63,950 nt of DNA, filler included, from Octopus bimaculoides (GCF_001194135.2; 5 parts of 5 records of this genome joined end to end with filler, not necessarily neighbours in it); one strand, 5' to 3'. Positions 49,300 to 62,770 are shown, counted from the first letter of the whole stretch. A program made the numbers and translations. Notes: a model not told the origin generated them from the sequence alone.

Positions 49300-49700
49300 G
49301 TGAAGAGACATTTGAGTCAAGAGTCCATGACTAGATGAAGCACAAGACCAGTAAACTCCACAGAACATAAACCATTATAGTATGGTAGATAAGGCAGACA
49401 CAGGAGACAGTATGCTCTTGGGTCAGAGACTGAAACATGTCTGGGAGTATTTTTATGCTATTCAGCCATCTGTGGATGCTGCCTAATATGTCTTTGTGTG
49501 CAGCAGCAACAGCGTCATCCCAGATGTGAGAGCTATAATCCCTTGTGAGCCTCCCCTGAGTCTTGTAGAGTGTCAGCAACAGTTGAAAGCAATGAAGTAT
49601 TTTCTGACACTAAAGTGAAGGACAATCTTTGGGGTGCAATCTCAGATATGTTAAGAGTGAAGCCTAACATTTAGAGCACTAGTGAGGGTGATCATGTTTA
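49300..49700 (-). mobile_element. CR1/L2/Jockey-group LINE post-RT fragment
   Basis: LTLYKTQGRLTRDYSSHIWDD..HKDILGSIHR..FQSL resembles the LYKAQVRPxLEYCSHIW block. Confidence 0.7.
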
Positions 49701-50949
49701 AAGGAAACTTGTGGTGTGATGATTTTTTTTTTCTTGATATGAATAATGCTTATTATTTTACTGTTGAAAGAGACAAGGTTGGTATGCTCCACTGGTGAAT
49801 GCTTTCAAGATTTCTGTTCATGAAATCTGTGCTGTAACAGATCTATACTGGGATTCAGATTTTGATTGTTGAACATGGGCAGTTGTAAGCATTAACAGTA
49901 TTTAGTCACGTCAGTGAAAATCTGGTCAAAGGTTTTCTTTGTGGAACATATAATAATTTTTGGAATCTGGTCAAAACAAATCATGGGTGTAATAACTTGT
50001 GTGTATTTTAAATGCTTATCATGATTCTTCCGTTCACATTATTTTTCAATTTTTTAAGAAAGTATAAGGGGCACATTTATCTTACCTATAGATACAGATG
50101 TGACTGTGTGGTTTCTAATAATGTGATTTTGTGTTAGATTTTACTATACAGCCCTTTGGGCAAGAATTTTCTGCCATAAGCCTTGTGGATAAAATTAGCA
50201 ACTGTGGGAAACCTATTGAAATGTACATGTTCGTGGCTGGAAGATGAAATATTACCATAACTTGGCCCTTGTGTGTCTTTAGCAAAGTCCACTCTGTTGA
50301 TCTGAGAATAATGCATGATTTGGGTTTCTTCCTATCTTTCTCCCACCAGTCTTGCCGCTCTTTTTCTTATCACTAACCTATTAGAAAAGAATATGTATAG
50401 ATGTGCTGGATAGAATTATATCAATGGTTGTACTTTGATGCTTCATTGTTCTTTTTGTATTTATAGAAGATATAGCAAATCTACACTTCCCTCACCCAAT
50501 TATATCTCTGTCAAGTCTACACCTGCTGCCCACACTTCATCTCTCTATCACTCATCTCTCTATCACCCTTCTGTCTACTATATTATTCTGCTTCTGTAAT
50601 TAATGAAGGCAGAACCTATTATTACCCTTTTTGTTCAGTCAGTCATCTCTCTCTACTCCCAAGCTACTTCCTACTGGCTTCTAGCCTTCTTTCTTACTGT
50701 TGTCCCCTCCCCACACTCATCACTGACTACCTTCATCCCTATCTACTTATGACGACTGTCATTCCTATTTCTATCCACTACTCATTTATCCCACTCTTGT
50801 AACTTTTACCTGATCTTCTTCATTCATGTCACTACACTCTCTCTTTTTCATCTATTTGGATATTTCTAAAGATATAGGAAACAGTTTGTAGAGTGAATTC
50901 CTTGAAGCTCAACAGTTAGTACTTCAATGTTGTTTTTCTTCCTCTTTGA

Positions 50950-51200
50950 TATTCATTCAGTGGTAGTCGCATTTTTTACTAGAAGAATGCCTCAGTATTT
51001 CTTGTAAAGTCTTTTTGAGAGAGTAGTTACACCTTCTACTCTTGAGTATTTTATTTGGTCCACGGTGGATTTCTTGTAGACAGAGACTATCACAATGATA
51101 ATCTTTGTATAATTTGCAACAATTCTTTAGTTGCAGACAGTCCTTCAATGTTCAGAGAGTACTAGTGGGCACTGAACTCTCTTTTTGCTTCAGAATGAGG
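50950..51200 (-). mobile_element. Ingi/Vingi-like LINE AP-endonuclease N-terminus
   Basis: LSLNIEGLSATKELL and HCDSLCLQEIHRGP. Confidence 0.65.
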
Positions 51201-51299
51201 GGCTCTTGGCATCTGTTGAAAAGAAAGATATCTTTAAACTATATTACTATTACAGGGATCATGATGCAAACACTTCTACCTTCTTCTTGATCAACCTAT

Positions 51300-51540
51300 G
51301 CCAAAAAATTTGACCCAATATTGAACATCTGCCACCTGAATACTGGTTGCTTGAAACTCACCAACACAACAACCTACACTTACTCACTGGCGTTGCCCCT
51401 GCTGATATCAAGTGGAAAGTGGCCAGTCAAGTCAAGATGGCAAAGTCTACTAGTAATGAATACCACTCCCTCTATGGATGCTAACTCCTGGCTCAATAAC
51501 TAAAGTCAAGAAGTTTTCTCAACTCTGTCCAGTCTCTAAC
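51300..51540 (+). mobile_element. Ingi/Vingi-like LINE C-terminal fragment
   Basis: Frameshifted ICHLNTGCLKLTNT..LLTGVAPADIKWKVASQV..YHSLYG..*SQEVFSTLS, resembling the CRLITGCLKPT..GIAPPDIRR block. Confidence 0.6.
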
Positions 51541-53096
51541 AACATCTCAGACTCCATCTCTAGATAGAAAAGCTTGAAAATGACCCACATCAATCAACAT
51601 AGGAATTGCCCCTTCTGAAGACCTCCCTCCTAACTCAGAAGCACCATGGGAATGAGGATGGGACAATCAAAAATTGATTTGGTTAGATGGGGCTATAAAA
51701 CTGATTCAACCTCCAGTGAATGTGTAGAAGCAGACCTTACTGTAACCTTGTCTGTCCTCTACCACCAAACCCCTGCAGCTTGAAAGACCTTGCAGAGGTC
51801 AATAAAAATACAAAGAACTGTGGAAAAAAATGGAAAACTCTCATGTAACCAGTATGCCTTGAAGAATGTCACTTTGAGGGTAGACTCTGGTTCCTTGTTA
51901 CCATTATCATTATCACTCTTTCTGGCACCACTCCCTCAACCCTTTCTCATTCATTTATATCATGTGGTAGCCTTAAATCTCCTTCTACTCAACTTACCCT
52001 ACTGACTTTCTTATCTCGCTCTGACTCGCTCTTATTCATCCCTAACACTATTCTTTCTCTTTCTCTTCCATTACTCCTCTCCCCAACATTTTTTATTAAG
52101 TTCTTCACTGACATATCTTCTGCCAACTACAAACCTGTTCTTCCTGTCATACTTCAACTTTTCAACATCTTGTGCAAGGTTACCACCTTCTTTTTACCTG
52201 CTCTGCCATAAGATCTCTTTAGTCTTGTCAGTTGCAAGATGACCTCACCAGCACATGCCAGTACTGCTACCAGAGTAAAAAAAAAAAATACCCAGTATGA
52301 TCTGTAAAGTGGTTGATATTAAGAAGGGCGCCTAGCTGTAGAAATTATGACAAAACTGAGACATTGGATCATGACAGCATCCACTGACATTTTGGATCCT
52401 GTTAATTGTCCAACCCATTGCCAGCATGGAAATGAATGTGAAAGATGACGACAATGACAGTGAAGATCTTCTCCAGACCATATTCAAAAGAAATCCATCT
52501 AAGGCAAAAGTTCACTAATCAATGCATGTCTACTATCTGCATACTAAGAGACTATAATCAAAATACACAAAACCAAAGGGTAGTGCAATTGCAGAGTCAG
52601 TACCTGATCTATGAATCTACACGAGTAATGATTCAACATTCCATGTATTTATTATTTATATGGAAACACTGTGGAGGTGAGTGGGTGTTTGGATCCTGAG
52701 GTCATTCAGCTTCTGTCCATCAAATCCATTCAAAGGCCTTGTTCTATATATATATATATATGAATGAACTTCCGGTGGAGGGGGTGGGATGACAGAGGAA
52801 TGAACTTCCGGTGGNNNNNNNNNNNNNNNNNNNNNNNNNNNNNNNNNNNNNNNNNNNNTTAATTAATTAANNNNNNNNNNNNNNNNNNNNNNNNNNNNNN
52901 NNNNNNNNNNNNNNACATACATACATACATATATATATATACATATATATATACACACACACATGCACTCACACATCGATAGACACACAGAGAAATATGC
53001 AGGCATACAGATGGATGATCAACTGATTTAGTGGTGCCATGACAAATGAGTATAAGAACGCTTGCATGGTTCTATATACACATTTTTACAGACAAT

Positions 53097-53142
<46 letters not shown>

Positions 53143-53289
53143 CTCCTTGGAGACAGTGCGTGGCATTCTATCATATGTGGCGTTCGATACATATATGGGC
53201 ACAGGACATCACAAAAAACGTTAAACACAATGAGAAACGAAAACATAAAGACGAAAACAGAAAACGAACTTTTCTCGAACAACGAAAAA

Positions 53290-54720
53290 ACAAACAAACA
53301 GAGAAACGAGACATGCAACATAAAGAATATTTGCCTTCTTCAGTTGTCCCTGTTCCATCTACTCCGCGTTTCGAAGGCAAGGACTATACGCGACTTCGTT
53401 GGAGCGGTCCTTCCCGCAAAACAAATTAATTAAATTTGGAATTTTTTGTGGAGGGTGAAAGTGTAAACAAGAACAGGATAGAGAGAAAAAGACAGTAAAA
53501 GACAGTAAAAACAAGACAACACAGTGAAAACAAACGGCGGTCTGAGGAACAACAACAACAACAACAGCAAAAGTATCATTATGTATGACCCTCGTAACGA
53601 AATCATGACGAAAATACAACAATACAACAACGACAAATACACAAGAAGAACGAAGTTAAGAAGAACGGATCAGTGGCACCGATTCCAACAGAAGGTCAGC
53701 GTCACTTGCAAAAGGTACCTCGACAACAACAACGACATTTAAAAAACAACAGAGTAAGAATGCGACAGCGACGAAAGCAGCCTAACATGTAACATCGGCA
53801 GTCATAATAACAGCGATGATTACAGCGACACCATTTACGGCATTCAGTGGGAAATGACGACGACGATGGCAACGGTAACAACGGAAACGAGCGAAACAAA
53901 CGAACAGCAACTGCAACAACAAGTTATAAAAGAAACAACGATAAAAAAAACAGGACAACAATAAGAATTACATGAAGGGGAACAACATGAAGCAACGACG
54001 AAATCAGCGATAACAATAATGATGACAGCGACAAGGAAAACGACGAAGGATAAACTACCAACAATGACAACAAGAAGATAAGCTACGACGACATCTTCAG
54101 GAAAAGCAGAAAATTCAAAAGTAACAATAACTGCAACAACAGCAACACAACAAACCAACAATGAAGTATTTAACAACAAATTCTTCAATTTTCACGAAGT
54201 TCACTTTACAAAACAAGAATTTAGAGCTGGGTTTTTTTTGTTATTTTTCTTTAAAATTTTATCTACATGACTTACTGCTTTTTCTTTCTTTTTTTTTTAT
54301 AAATTTGATTTTGAAATTTTATTGTTATTTCTTAAGTTTTGCAGGATTTTGGGGGTGTTTGTTTTTGTTACGCTGCTTCTTTTTTATTTTTTTTATATAT
54401 TTTTTCCGGTTTCATGATATATTTTTTAGCGTACTTCCGCAGCTTTCTATTGGAATTTCGTTGACTTTGTTGCTGTTGTAGCTTCTCTCGATTTTTATTG
54501 ATTTTGTAAACTTGATTCATGTTCTCGAATTTTGTTTAAAATTCTTTCTTTTTAATGTTTTAATTTTTTTTTTCGCTGATGCTTTTTTTGGAACAAAAAA
54601 AAGACTATATATTTTATCTGTATTTTTATATTTCTTATTTATTTACTATTCATTTCCTTCCATTTATAATCGTTGCAATGATACACACTTAACGAAATTA
54701 AAACGTTTTTCACTGAAGCT
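53290..54720. mobile_element. Decayed low-complexity ORF remnants in converging orientation (possibly PLE N-terminus)
   Basis: A-rich plus strand to about 54225 ending NNKFFNFHEVHFTKQE, then an abrupt switch to T-rich sequence whose reverse complement encodes KIREHE..KKKEKAVSHVDKIL. Confidence 0.3.
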
Positions 54721-55123
54721 TTGAGACGGCGTTCATTTTAAAAGCTATGTAATTGCATATTGGAACTTCGGTATATAGATAGAAGCGCATAAACATAGCA
54801 CAAACACATAAGCCACACACACATACACTGGCACGTATGGGCCCAAACATACACAGACAAAGTCACATACGCATGTACGCGCAAATATACAAAGTCATTT
54901 ATACTGGGAGACGAAAACGTACTCTCTCGCTTACGAAATTGCACGCACGTGCGCGCTGGAACGCAGATCCAGCAACATATTTGTGCGTGACAATAAATGC
55001 ATTCTAAATACACATGCAGAAATGCATTAGTGCAAAAGTCCCTTCATAATAACATACATTCCTTTATTCTTTTATTGGTTTCAGTCATTTGACTGTGGCC
55101 ATGCTGGAGCAGCACCTTTCGCT

Positions 55124-55168
<45 letters not shown>

Positions 55169-55268
55169 NNNNNNNNNNNNNNNNNNNNNNNNNNNNNNNN
55201 NNNNNNNNNNNNTTAATTAATTAANNNNNNNNNNNNNNNNNNNNNNNNNNNNNNNNNNNNNNNNNNNN

Positions 55269-55316
<48 letters not shown>

Positions 55317-55329
55317 GCACGTGTGTGTG

Positions 55330-55690
55330 TCCCACTACCGCTTGATAACCGGTGTTGGTGTGTTTTCATTCCTGTACTGCAAAAGAGAATGATAGAATAA
55401 GTAGTGACCTCGATTCATTCGGCTCAAAATTCTTTAAGGCGGTGCCCCAGCATGACCACAGTCCAAAGACTGGAACAAGCAAAAGATAAAAAGATATACG
55501 CACACAGGCTCATACACACATATATACGCCCACGCACGCACGCACGCACCCCGCACACTGCGGGTGTTTTCACTCAGCTTCCGTCTACCAAATTCACTCA
55601 CAAGATATTGAGTCGATTCAGGGAATAAAGAGAAAAATACTTTATCCAAGATGCCGTTCAGAAGGCTTGAACCCCCAAACCATTTGTTCG
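55330..55690. mobile_element. Two SINE fragments (55330-55490 plus, 55560-55690 minus)
   Basis: gtgccccagcatgaccacag tail; ttccgtctaccaaattcactcacaag..cttgaaccc reverse head. Confidence 0.55.
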
Positions 55691-56554
55691 TGAAAAAAAA
55701 TAATAAATAAACTTCTTCATCACACAAACATACGTGTTGATCGCTTCTAAGTTTTGCAACTGAGTAGAATATGCTTCGCACCGGAAATTCTGAATACCTG
55801 AAGTAATCAATCGCTTTAATCAATTTTAGCTTTTAAAACATCGTCTTAATTGCATTGGTCTTATTTTTCCAAGATTCACGGAAGTTATCTCCCCTAGTTT
55901 GTGTTGTAAGTTTGTTCTTGAGGGAGAAATGAGAGTAAGAAAGAAAGAAAGAAAGAAAGAAAGAATATACACATTTTCATACACTCGTACACACACACAC
56001 ACACTCTTTGTCTCCTGTCTGTCTGTCTCTTCCTCTCTTTCTCTATCTCTCTTTCTCTCTTTCTTTCTTTCTCTGTCTCTCTCACACATTCGCAGACATG
56101 TACACACTCACACTCATATATCAGCACTCACGGACACACACACACACACGCGCGCGCACACACACACATACACACACACAAACGCATACACATACTTTCC
56201 GTCTTCTGTCTGTCTCTCNNNNNNNNNNNNNNNNNNNNNNNNNNNNNNNNNNNNNNNNNNNNNNNNNNNNNNNNNNNNNNNNNNNNNNNNNNNNNNNNNN
56301 NNNNNNNNNNNNNNNNNNNNNNNNNNNNNNNNNNNNNNNNNNNNNNNNNNNNNNNNNNNNNNNNNNNNNNNNNNNNNNNNNNNNNNNNNNNNNNNNNNNN
56401 NNNNNNNNNNNNNNNNNNNNNNNNNNNNNNNNNNNNNNNNNNNNNNNNNNNNNNNNNNNNNNNNNNNNNNNNNNNNNNNNNNNNNNCATTCATTTTACAC
56501 ACACACACACACACACATACACACATACACACACACACACACTTGCAATCATTC

Positions 56555-56591
<37 letters not shown>

Positions 56592-57773
56592 TTAGTCATG
56601 CACTGCTATATTTCAAGAGTGATGCGTAACGTTTAGGAAGTATTCTTCTATTCAAGGGAGGTAACTGCAGAATGCTTCGAATCACCACAACCACTAATAT
56701 TTTGTCAACACCCTTTTTACAAATCCACCTCTCTGTCCCCCGCCCCCCAAAAAATGATTCTACTACAAGCAACATTCAGAGAGGATAATATGGCCTATGA
56801 ACTAGCCTTTAAGTCACAACAGTACTTGTTACACAATAGCAGCTAAGACTCCCCTAATACTCTGAAATCTTGATCGGGTGTTACATTGAAATTGTATACA
56901 TGTTGATCATCTAAGTGAGATGTAGTTCCCAACATGCATTGTCCTAGGACTCCAGAATAAAAATACATTTACATAGCACAATGTCACTATATCGATGAAA
57001 CTTTCAGGTGTTTCCAGCGATGGTCACAATACGCCTCCACCCCCACCCCGCGCATTGTTGTAACCCCCTAATGATTCCACCCCGCTGGGTGCCCCCCCCC
57101 CTACACACATATATTTGTATTGCAGGATATTTTTTTCGACAAATTAAACACACACTATATATATTTTTTCTTCACTAATTTATTACTGTTCTTATTCAAT
57201 CCTTTTTAACTCATGTCCCTTGTCTGGAAATCTTTCGCCACACATCTGTGACCACTTCAGCGACATTTTTCGTTTTCGTGTGTTCTTGTTCCACTTATTC
57301 CATTCTATTCTTCTAAGATGTGTGTCCTTAGGTGCGCAAGCGTTTATGTCCTTATTTGTGTGTGTGTGTTTGTGTGTGCGTGTGTGTGTGTGTATGTGTG
57401 TGTGTGTGTGTGCACCTGTGTGTGTGAGTATGTGCGCGTGCGTATGCGTGTGTATGAGTGTGTGCGTGGGCGTGTGTATGCTTGTGCGTGTGTGTTGTGT
57501 GTGTTTGTGTCTGTGTGTGTGTGTGTGTGTATGAGTGTATGCGTGTACGTGTGTATGCTTCTGCGCGAGTGTTGTGAATGTGTGTGTCTATGTGTGTGTC
57601 TATGTGTGTGTGTGTGTGTGCGTATGTGTGTGTGCGCGTGCGTGTATACGTGTGTATATGCTTGTGTGTGTCATAGTTTTTACCAGCAGTGTGGCCTTCC
57701 TCGCAGCCCCATCCTCTCAACCCCATTGTGTTGCTGCTGTCCTAAGACTCGAATACATACATATATACATAAA

Positions 57774-57824
<51 letters not shown>

Positions 57825-59043
57825 ATATATANNNNNNNNNNNNNNNNNNNNNNNNNNNNNNNNNNNNNNNNNNNNNNNNNNNNNNNNNNNNNNNNNNNNN
57901 NNNNNNNNNNNNNNNNNNNNNNNNNNNNNNNNNNNNNNNNNNNNNNNNNNNNNNNNNNNNNNNNNNNNNNNNNNNNNNNNNNNNNNNNNNNNNNNNNNNN
58001 NNNNNNNNNNNNNNNNNNNNNNNNNNNNNNNNNNNNNNNNNNNNNNNNNNNNNNNNNNNNNNNNNNNNNNNNNNNNNNNNNNNNNNNNNNNNNNNNNNNN
58101 NNNNNNNNNNNNNNNNNNNNNNNNNNNNNNNNNNNNNNNNNNNNNNNNNNNNNNNNNNNNNNNNNNNNNNNNNNNNNNNNNNNNNNNNNNNNNNNNNNNN
58201 NNNNNNNNNNNNNNNNNNNNNNNNNNNNNNNNNNNNNNNNNNNNNNNNNNNNNNNNNNNNNNNNNNNNNNNNNNNNNNNNNNNNNNNNNNNNNNNNNNNN
58301 NNNNNNNNNNNNNNNNNNNNNNNNNNNNNNNNNNNNNNNNNNNNNNNNNNNNNNNNNNNNNNNNNNNNNNNNNNNNNNNNNNNNNNNNNNNNNNNNNNNN
58401 NNNNNNNNNNNNNNNNNNNNNNNNNNNNNNNNNNNNNNNNNNNNNNNNNNNNNNNNNNNNNNNNNNNNNNNNNNNNNNNNNNNNNNNNNNNNNNNNNNNN
58501 NNNNNNNNNNNNNNNNNNNNNNNNNNNNNNNNNNNNNNNNNNNNNNNNNNNNNNNNNNNNNNNNNNNNNNNNNNNNNNNNNNNNNNNNNNNNNNNNNNNN
58601 NNNNNNNNNNNNNNNNNNNNNNNNNNNNNNNNNNNNNNNNNNNNNNNNNNNNNNNNNNNNNNNNNNNNNNNNNNNNNNNNNNNNNNNNNNNNNNNNNNNN
58701 NNNNNNNNNNNNNNNNNNNNNNNNNNNNNNNNNNNNNNNNNNNNNNNNNNNNNNNNNNNNNNNNNNNNNNNNNNNNNNNNNNNNNNNNNNNNNNNNNNNN
58801 NNNNNNGAGTGTACAGATATATATGTATATATGTGTATATATATATATATGTATGTAATAATAATATAGATTTAATCAAAAGATTAAATGTGGTACTTAA
58901 AATGTTTGAGGCACCAGAATTTGGTAGGGTAAAAACCAAAAACAAAATCAAGAGATTTGGTGAATAAAATTCAATAGGTTATAGTAGTACGTACGTTTCG
59001 TACAAACTTCATTTATTCATGTAGTGAGAACACTACATAAAAT

Positions 59044-59153
59044 GTGCAATGAAAAAGTAAGAGAAGAAAAAATACCATCTTAACTGGGCTGTCAGTTGAT
59101 TGGTAGCCCAGTCAAGATGGTATTTTTTTCCATCTTACTCTTGTTTTTTGCAC
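59044..59153. repeat. Foldback inverted repeat (MITE-like)
   Basis: AAAAATACCATCTTAACTGGGCT / AGCCCAGTCAAGATGGTATTTTT (1 mismatch, 14-nt loop), extended by GTAAGA/TCTTAC and GTGCAA/TTGCAC. Confidence 0.85.
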
Positions 59154-59671
59154 ACAACTACAAAATGACTTTCTAAAATGAAATTCCTTTATGTAGCTGA
59201 GGAGTACATTTTCATTATAGATGAAATAATATTTAGCGTTAACATTTGTCCAATGTAAGGGACATAACTCCATAATTCAGAGCGGTGCTGCTGGTCCAGT
59301 CTTTAGCAGAACAATTACTTTAGCTAAGTTTCGGTCTTATAAGTCCTCTTTAGTAAAGTATGTTTTCTTTTCAACTTACCTGATCTTAGAATAGCAGAAA
59401 ACATACAGGATTTTAATGAGAAAAAAAAGGAACATTTATTGATTTGATAATTTAATATAAAGCCGATTTCCTGTGAGTGCATTCTGTATGGAATTCTGAT
59501 CGTGGAAAATGTTCAGTGACGAACAGAGGTCGTTTTGGTAAATTATATGGAAATGAACATTGGTGGTGATTGTAACGTCCATAATTTGGTGGGAGACGTT
59601 TTTGTTGGGAGAATGACGTCCTGTCGTTACTGCTGCTGTTGTTGTTGTTCTTGTTCTTGTTCTTGCTCTCA

Positions 59672-59682
<11 letters not shown>

Positions 59683-59727
<45 letters not shown>

Positions 59728-60523
59728 NNNNNNNNNNNNNNNNNNNNNNNNNNNNNNNNNNNNNNNNNNNNNNNNNNNNNNNNNNNNNNNNNNNNNNNNN
59801 NNNNNNNNNNNNNNNNNNNNNNNNNNNNNNNNNNNNNNNNNNNNNNNNNNNNNNNNNNNNNNNNNNNNNNNNNNNNNNNNNNNNNNNNNNNNNNNNNNNN
59901 NNNNNNNNNNNNNNNNNNNNNNNNNNNNNNNNNNNNNNNNNNNNNNNNNNNNNNNNNNNNNNNNNNNNNNNNNNNNNNNNNNNNNNNNNNNNNNNNNNNN
60001 NNNNNNNNNNNNNNNNNNNNNNNNNNNNNNNNNNNNNNNNNNNNNNNNNNNNNNNNNNNNNNNNNNNNNNNNNNNNNNNNNNNNNNNNNNNNNNNNNNNN
60101 NNNNNNNNNNNNNNNNNNNNNNNNNNNNNNNNNNNNNNNNNNNNNNNNNNNNNNNNNNNNNNNNNNNNNNNNNNNNNNNNNNNNNNNNNNNNNNNNNNNN
60201 NNNNNNNNNNNNNNNNNNNNNNNNNNNNNNNNNNNNNNNNNNNNNNNNNNNNNNNNNNNNNNNNNNNNNNNNNNNNNNNNNNNNNNNNNNNNNNNNNNNN
60301 NNNNNNNNNNNNNNNNNNNNNNNNNNNNNNNNNNNNNNNNNNNNNNNNNNNNNNNNNNNNNNNNNNNNNNNNNNNNNNNNNNNNNNNNNNNNNNNNNNNN
60401 NNNNNNNNNNNNNNNNNNNNNNNNNNNNNNNNNNNNNNNNNNNNNNNNNNNNNNNNNNNNNNNNNNNNNNNNGTGGTGGTGGTAGTTGTGGTGGTGGTGG
60501 TGGTGGTTGCAACAACAGCAGTT

Positions 60524-60566
<43 letters not shown>

Positions 60567-60580
60567 CAGCAGCAGCAGCT

Positions 60581-60639
<59 letters not shown>

Positions 60640-60660
60640 TGTTGTTGTTATTGTTGTTGT
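59683..60660 (+). repeat. (GTA)n/(GTG)n/(GCA)n trinucleotide tract spanning an N gap
   Basis: Direct inspection. Confidence 0.9.
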
Positions 60661-60910
60661 TCTCGTTCTTCGTTATGTGCTTGTTTGGCACATATTCAGC
60701 AGACTTAATATCAAAAGAATTTCTACCGTGATTTACGCCATCCTTTAAGATTTATGCCTAGCACTATCTATTCATTAATTAGTTAATTTATTCACCCTAC
60801 CAGCGATAGCACAGTTTTGCAAATTTAACTTCGCAACTTTGTTCTGTCGAAGCTTGAGTTTATTATAAACAGCAGCAAGTTATTCTCTTTATGCTAATGG
60901 AGATGGCGGG

Positions 60911-60961
60911 AAACCGCAATCTGATGAAGGAATAATAAATGCTGAAACTTGTATCGCATTT
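60911..60961 (+). ncRNA. Degenerate type I hammerhead motif
   Basis: aaaccgcaat-CTGATGA-A-GG aataataaatg CT-GAA-AC tt GT-A-tcgcatt; intact core, eroded stem I. Confidence 0.5.
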
Positions 60962-61048
60962 TCGTGACACCACATACAGGAAAGAGTCTAGCTTAGCCAT
61001 GGTGTCTATTTCTCACGGTTACTCTAAATACAAGCCCCTAAGTTTGCC

Positions 61049-61099
<51 letters not shown>

Positions 61100-61926
61100 N
61101 NNNNNNNNNNNNNNNNNNNNNNNNNNNNNNNNNNNNNNNNNNNNNNNNNNNNNNNNNNNNNNNNNNNNNNNNNNNNNNNNNNNNNNNNNNNNNNNNNNNN
61201 NNNNNNNNNNNNNNNNNNNNNNNNNNNNNNNNNNNNNNNNNNNNNNNNNNNNNNNNNNNNNNNNNNNNNNNNNNNNNNNNNNNNNNNNNNNNNNNNNNNN
61301 NNNNNNNNNNNNNNNNNNNNNNNNNNNNNNNNNNNNNNNNNNNNNNNNNNNNNNNNNNNNNNNNNNNNNNNNNNNNNNNNNNNNNNNNNNNNNNNNNNNN
61401 NNNNNNNNNNNNNNNNNNNNNNNNNNNNNNNNNNNNNNNNNNNNNNNNNNNNNNNNNNNNNNNNNNNNNNNNNNNNNNNNNNNNNNNNNNNNNNNNNNNN
61501 NNNNNNNNNNNNNNNNNNNNNNNNNNNNNNNNNNNNNNNNNNNNNNNNNNNNNNNNNNNNNNNNNNNNNNNNNNNNNNNNNNNNNNNNNNNNNNNNNNNN
61601 NNNNNNNNNNNNNNNNNNNNNNNNNNNNNNNNNNNNNNNNNNNNNNNNNNNNNNNNNNNNNNNNNNNNNNNNNNNNNNNNNNNNNNNNNNNNNNNNNNNN
61701 NNNNNNNNNNNNNNNNNNNNNNNNNNNNNNNNNNNNNNNNNNNNNNNNNNNNNNNNNNNNNNNNNNNNNNNNNNNNNNNNNNNNNNNNNNNNNNNNNNNN
61801 NNNNNNNNNNNNNNNNNNNNNNNNNNNNNNNNNNNNNNNNNNNNNNNNNNNNNNNNNNNNNNNNNNNNNNNNNNNNNNNNNNNNNNNNNNNNNNNNNNNN
61901 NNNNNNNNNNNNNNNNNNNNNNNNNN

Positions 61927-61973
<47 letters not shown>

Positions 61974-62549
61974 TATACTCGCATAGATGCATACATACAC
62001 ACACACATATATACGTACATGCAAACATGCATGCATACATACATACATACATACATATATACATACATTAATACATACACTCATGCACACACATACATAC
62101 ATACATACATAAATACATATTAAATATATACATACATGGGTATATGTAAAGCTGTATGTATATAAGAAAAAGTTAAAGATGATGCTATGCAACTTCATAA
62201 TAATTCTTATTATTATTGTTATTGTTGTATATATATGTATATGTGTGTGTGTATTGTGTGTGTGTTTGTGTGTGTATGTATGTATGTATATATGTATATA
62301 TTTTTATTTATATATTTATATATAGTTTTTATTCATATATATATATATCTATACACGCACACATACACACACACACATACACACACACACACACACACGC
62401 ACACGCACACACACACACATATATATATATATTACTTTAGAGATGTCATTCTGTCCTTTCTATTGCTACTATATAATAATGACTTGACAAGTCTCTTAAC
62501 CGCCAACACTTAGCACCCCTCTCCTCCCCACAATGAATGTCCCTCCTTT

Positions 62550-62770
62550 CACTTATGTACATTTTTGGTTTTCCGACCTCGAACTAAACATTATACCCAA
62601 TCCTTTCTCCCCAAAACATCGACTGTCTGGAAACTTCTCACTGTTATTGTCTTTCCCACATGTGTTGACCTAGTGCAGTTTAAACGGAACATGAACGACA
62701 TTAATCTCTGGGTGTTTGCACAAGCGATGAGCGATACTCCTTTCTCTACACTTGACTAACATTTAAGTAC
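62550..62770 (+). mobile_element. CR1/L2-group LINE extreme 3' end
   Basis: RPRTKHYTQSFLPKTSTVWKLL..VFPTCVDLVQFKRNMN. Confidence 0.75.

Noticed and set aside
52760-52814. Direct repeat AATGAACTTCCGGTGG containing an ETS-like motif
   Set aside because: The second copy ends at a contig edge; probably an assembly overlap.
53325-53395. Minus-strand TTGCCTTC-GAAAC...CTGAA-GAAGGCAA suggesting a type II hammerhead
   Set aside because: Stem I cannot be formed, and the 8-bp pairing consumes the conserved GA.
29286-55224. Four identical TTAATTAATTAA islands
   Set aside because: Each is flanked by N on both sides; they are scaffolding linkers, not biology.
717-62513. Long ORF-track entries made of X, HT/CV/YI repeats or poly-S/T/V/Y (e.g. 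717-1259, 8252-8932, 55899-56636, 57318-58967, 59436-60748, 60939-62198)
   Set aside because: They are translations of N gaps and di-, tri- or tetranucleotide microsatellites, not genes.
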